Origin: an uncultured Chloroflexia bacterium
Lineage (GTDB): Bacteria > Chloroflexota > Limnocylindria > Limnocylindrales > CSP1-4
NCBI GenBank assembly: GCA_963819655.1
Contig: CAWFXA010000001.1
Location: 96,001-160,000, forward strand
Direction of reading: 5' to 3'
Length of the DNA: 64,000 bases
The position numbers were made by a program, and so were the translations under genes. The notes below the pieces were generated by a model, which searched no databases, was not told where the DNA came from, and saw nothing but the letters and a program-made list of their open reading frames with translations. Position 1 is the stretch's first letter; every line of letters starts with the position of its first letter. Shown in pieces: positions 60,216 through 64,000 of the stretch.

Positions 60216-61424
60216 CTACCCGAGCCGCTCGAGCGCGGTCTTCGCCAGCACCCGCCCGATCGCCAGCGAGCTGGTCGCCGCCGGCGACGGGGCGTTGCGC
60301 ACGTGCAGGACCCGACCGGACCCACCGAGGCTGAAGTCGTCGACCATCGTGCCGTCACGCCCGAGCGCCTGTGCGCGAACGCCTGACGGGCCGAACGTCA
60401 GCTGGTCGCCGGTGATCTCCGGGACGTAGCGCTGCAGGTCCCGCACGAACGCGGGCTTCCACCAATCGCGCCACATCTCGGCGACGCCCGTGCGCAGATA
60501 GCGCGCAGCCAGCCGCACGAAGCCCGGGTAGGCGAGGGTGCCGGCAAGATCCCTGATCCGGATGTCGCGCCGGCGGTAGCCCTCGCGGGCGAACGCGAGG
60601 ACGGCGTTCGGTCCGGCCCAGACGGATCCGTCGATGCGTCGCGTGAAGTGGACGCCGAGGAACGGGAACCGCGGATCGGGCACCGGGTAGATGAGGCCGC
60701 GGACGAGCGCCGTCGCATCCGGCGTCAACGTGTAGTAGTCGCCGCGGAAGGGCACGATGCGCGGCTCCGGATCGTCACCCGTCAGACGGGCGATGCGATC
60801 GGCATGAAGACCGGCGCACGCCACGACCGTCGAAGCCGTGATGGTCGCCCCATCCGGCCCGCCGATGACGACCTCGGCGTCGCGGACATCGATCGACGAC
60901 ACAGGCCAGGCGGTCGTGATGGTCCCGCCGCGCGCACGGATCTCGTCGGCGAGGGCGAGCGCGACGCGCCGGAAGTCGATGATGGCTGTCTCCGGACTCC
61001 ATAGCCCGCGCAACCCGGCTGCGTGCGGTTCGATCTCACGGATGCGCTCGGGACCGACCGCCTCGAGCCCCGGAACGCCGTTCGCCTCGGCGCGCTCGCG
61101 GACGGCCTCGAGACGCGGCAGCTCTCTGCTGTCGAGGGCGACCACGAGCTTGCCGCAGCGCTCGACCGGGATCGCGTGCGCGGCGGCGAACGCCTCGACC
61201 TCGGCCTTGCCCTCCCGGCACAGGATCGCCTTCAGCGAGCCCGGCGCGTAGTACAGGCCCGCGTGCAGCACGCCGCTGTTGTGCCCGGTCTGGTGGGTGG
61301 CGAGCTCCGGCTCCTTTTCGACGATGGTCAGGCGCAGGTCCGGGCGCTGCTCGAGGAGGCGGTAGGCCGTCGCCAGCCCGACGATCCCGCCACCGATGAC
61401 GACGACGTCGCGACGGTCGCTCAC
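60216..61424 (-). CDS. lhgO: L-2-hydroxyglutarate oxidase
   Basis: HQTGHNSGVLHAGLYY.PGSLKA, PFRGDYY, IYPVPDPRFPFLGVHFT, GVRAQA, NAPSPAATSSL. Confidence 0.9.
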   Translation of the reverse strand: MSDRRDVVVIGGGIVGLATAYRLLEQRPDLRLTIVEKEPELATHQTGHNSGVLHAGLYYAPGSLKAILCREGKAEVEAFAAAHAIPVERCGKLVVALDSRELPRLEAVRERAEANGVPGLEAVGPERIREIEPHAAGLRGLWSPETAIIDFRRVALALADEIRARGGTITTAWPVSSIDVRDAEVVIGGPDGATITASTVVACAGLHADRIARLTGDDPEPRIVPFRGDYYTLTPDATALVRGLIYPVPDPRFPFLGVHFTRRIDGSVWAGPNAVLAFAREGYRRRDIRIRDLAGTLAYPGFVRLAARYLRTGVAEMWRDWWKPAFVRDLQRYVPEITGDQLTFGPSGVRAQALGRDGTMVDDFSLGGSGRVLHVRNAPSPAATSSLAIGRVLAKTALERLG

Positions 61425-62515
61425 GCGGGCGGCGGGAACGGCACGTCGTGGCGCTCGCCGAGGTTCGCGAGGGCTTTCGCATGGACCGCATCGATCACCA
61501 CGCCAACCGCGTCCGCGCGTCGCTCGGCCTCGGCCTCGGGCTCGCCCGCGATCAGCACCCTGCCCGGTGCGCCAGGCACGGTCGGTGCGGCGATGAGCTG
61601 CTCGAGATAGCCCTCGAGGCGCCGTTCGAAGGCACCCGGCGCGTCGACCGCAGCGGGGTCGATCGCGATGAACGTCTGGCCGAGCTCCGATCGACCCTCC
61701 GTGCTGAACAGGCCAAGGATGTTCGGGCCGAACGCGGCGCCGGCCAGGACGCCTGTGAGCAGGTCGACGGCGAGCGACAGGCCGTAGCCCTTGTGGCCCC
61801 CAGTCGCCTCCTCGCCGCCGAGCGGGTGGAGGGCACCGCCCAGCGCCGCCTCCGGGGTCGTCGCCGGGCGCCCGTCGGCGTCGATCGCCCAGCCCACCGG
61901 GAGGGACTCGCCGCGCCGGGCGGCCACCTCGATACGACCGCGCGGGATCGTGGACGTGGCCATGTCGAGGCAGAACGCGCCGAACCGCCCGGCCGGCGCC
62001 GCGATGGCGATCGGGTTGGTGCCGATCAGCGGCACGCGCGCCCGGGTCGGCGCGACGAGCGGCGAGGTGTTCGACAAGGCAATCCCGATCATGCCCTCGG
62101 CGGCGATCCGCAGCGCATACCAGCCGGCGATGCCGAAGTGGTTGGAGGCGCGGACCGTCGCCCCGGCCATGCCCAGGTCACGCGCGGCGCCGATCGCCGC
62201 ATCGACAGCGACCCGGCTGGCGTGGTGGCCCCAGCCGTTCCGGCCGTCGAACAGGATCAGGGCCGGTCGGCCGCCGTCGACGACCGGGCGGGCGGCGGGA
62301 TCCATCACGCCGGCCTCGATCAGGGCGATGTAGTTCGGCAGCCTCGCGGTCCCGTGCGACGCGATGCCGCGTCGGTCGGACGCCACGAGGACGGTCGCCA
62401 CGTCCTCGGCGATGTCCGGCGGCGTCCCCACCCGCTCGACCAGCCTCGCCGTCCAGGCCTGGAGGAGGCCGACCGGGACGGCGAGGCCGTCGACGGGGTC
62501 AGCGTAAACCGGCAT
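61421..62515 (-). CDS. Ldh_2 family (malate/L-lactate/sulfolactate/ureidoglycolate-type) dehydrogenase
   Basis: RGIASHG..R, SNHFGIAG.Y, GTNPIA, LDMATS, GHKGYGL. Confidence 0.88.
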   Translation of the reverse strand: MPVYADPVDGLAVPVGLLQAWTARLVERVGTPPDIAEDVATVLVASDRRGIASHGTARLPNYIALIEAGVMDPAARPVVDGGRPALILFDGRNGWGHHASRVAVDAAIGAARDLGMAGATVRASNHFGIAGWYALRIAAEGMIGIALSNTSPLVAPTRARVPLIGTNPIAIAAPAGRFGAFCLDMATSTIPRGRIEVAARRGESLPVGWAIDADGRPATTPEAALGGALHPLGGEEATGGHKGYGLSLAVDLLTGVLAGAAFGPNILGLFSTEGRSELGQTFIAIDPAAVDAPGAFERRLEGYLEQLIAAPTVPGAPGRVLIAGEPEAEAERRADAVGVVIDAVHAKALANLGERHDVPFPPPA

Positions 62516-63625
62516 CGGTGAGGCTGGCGACGACCCTCGACTCCTCGGCGCGCAGCCTCGCGTAGCCCGGCTTCACGACCTCGTTGATCAGCCGCAGCCG
62601 CTCGTCGAACGGCGCGAAGGCCGATTTGAGCGCGTTGATCGTCAGCCACTCCATCTCGCCGAGGCCGATCCGGAACGCTGCCTCGAGCGCCTGCGAACTC
62701 GCTCGACAGCGTGACGCCGCTCATCAGCCGGTTGTCGGTGTTGACAGTGACGCGGAAGCGGAGGCGGCGCAGGAGGTCGATGGGGTGGTCGTCGATGGAC
62801 GGCGGCGGCCGCGGTGTGGACGTTCGACGTCGGGCACATCTCGAGCGGGACGCGCCGGTCGCGGACGAACGCCGCCAGCCGCCCGAGCTCGACCGATCCG
62901 TCGTCGCGGACCGTGATGTCGTCGACGATCCGGACGCCGTGGCCGAGCCGCTCCGCGCCGCAGTACTGGAGCGCCTCCCAGATCGACGGCAGCCCGAACG
63001 ACTCGCCGGCGTGGATCGTGATGTGGAAGTTCTCGCGCCGGACGTACTCGAAGGCGTCGAGGTGGCGGGTCGGCCGGTAGCCGGCCTCCGGTCCGGCGAT
63101 GTCGAAGCCGACGACGCCCGCATCGCGCCAGCGGACGGCGCACTCGGCGACCTCGACCGAGCGGGCCGCCTGGCGCATCGCCGTCACGAGCATCTTCATG
63201 ACGATGGGGTGGCCGGCCGCCTCCGCGTTGCGTGCTCCGATCGAGAAGCCTTCGAGGTTCGCGGCGACCACCTCGTCGAGGGTCAGGCCGCGCTCGGTCG
63301 ACAGCTCCGGTGCATAGCGGATCTCGGCGTAGGCGACGCCGTCCGCGGCGAGGTCCTCGGCACATTCGGCCGCGACGCGGACGATCGCATCGCGCTCCTG
63401 CATGACCCCGACCGTGTGGGCGAACGTCTCGAGGTAGAGCTCCAGGGACTTGCGATCTGCACCCTGCCGGATGTGCGCCGCGAGCTCGTCGGGATCGGTC
63501 GTCGGCAGCCCGTCGTAGCCGAACTCGGCCGCGAGGTCGACGATGGTGGCCGGGCGAAGGCCACCGTCGAGATGGTCGTGGAGCATCGCCTTCGGCGCCT
63601 GGCGGATCGTCTCCGTGCGCAGCAT
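62499..63625 (-). CDS. add: Adenosine deaminase, two apparent frameshifts (near 62805 and 62692)
   Basis: [39 protein letters not shown] | VNTDNRLMS | NALKSAF..ERL.LI..V.KPGY. Confidence 0.9.
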
Positions 63626-63740
63626 GGTGGCGGGATGGTACAGGGCTGCGCGGAGCGTGGTCGCATTCGACCATTGACGTGCCGGGGTGGTCCCGTCAGG
63701 ATTCATGTGCGGGGTGCGATCCGCACGGGGAGGTCTCCGG

Positions 63741-64000
63741 ATGAATATCGAGCTCCTGCGCCGCCCGACCCGCCCGACGCGCCCGACGCGCCGTGGTCTT
63801 GTGGCGCTGCCACTCATCGGCTTGCTGTGGATGGGCGTGGCCGCAGCCCCCGTGGGCGCCGCCGGCTCGCCGACGTACCGCGACTGTTCGCAGATCGCCC
63901 TGGCCCCGAACGCCGATGTCCATCGCTGCGACCTGTCCGACGCGACGATCATCGGCCTAGACCTGCACGGTATCGACGCCTCCTGGTCGGACCTGTCGCG
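63741..64000 (+). CDS. Exported pentapeptide-repeat protein, 3' truncated by window edge
   Basis: GGGAGG SD; TRRGLV Tat-like signal; [29 protein letters not shown] repeats. Confidence 0.65.
   Translation, partial: MNIELLRRPTRPTRPTRRGLVALPLIGLLWMGVAAAPVGAAGSPTYRDCSQIALAPNADVHRCDLSDATIIGLDLHGIDASWSDLS

Overview
Very GC-rich, gene-dense chromosomal segment with about 70 CDS. I found no rRNA, tRNA, CRISPR array or transposase. Gene content (standalone cofD/cofC/cofE, several LLM/PPOX F420 enzymes, DUF3090+SCO1664, homodimeric AceE, actinobacterial-type ARG boxes) suggests a high-GC Chloroflexota (Limnocylindria-like) or actinobacterial-like genome; this is inference. Main blocks: (1) TM0106 nuclease-helicase, MFS, ArgE-like deacylase plus amidinotransferase; (2) a probable general-stress island at 16-30 kb with orphan kinases, CorA, GlsB, SRPBCC, CsbD-like proteins, DNA topoisomerase IB, ABC-2, GT4 and ChrA; (3) aceE, response regulator, pncA, 5'-3' exonuclease; (4) F420 biosynthesis/utilisation cluster, HTH-VapC toxin-antitoxin pair, trxB, ABC, OsmC; (5) argC-J-B-R-G; (6) add-Ldh_2-lhgO. 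About 14 apparent frame breaks in about 11 genes can all be repaired by removing one base, which points to long-read consensus error rather than pseudogenes. The most unusual signals are non-coding: an 85-bp inverted repeat pair flanking a DUF4395 gene, a switch-like leader in front of the response regulator, a 120-bp TGT...ACA element after argG, two candidate structured RNAs, pervasive leaderless promoters, and short ORFs coupled to downstream genes (one through a CTG start). No single, clearly novel multi-gene system could be established from the sequence alone. RNA structures were paired by eye, not computed.
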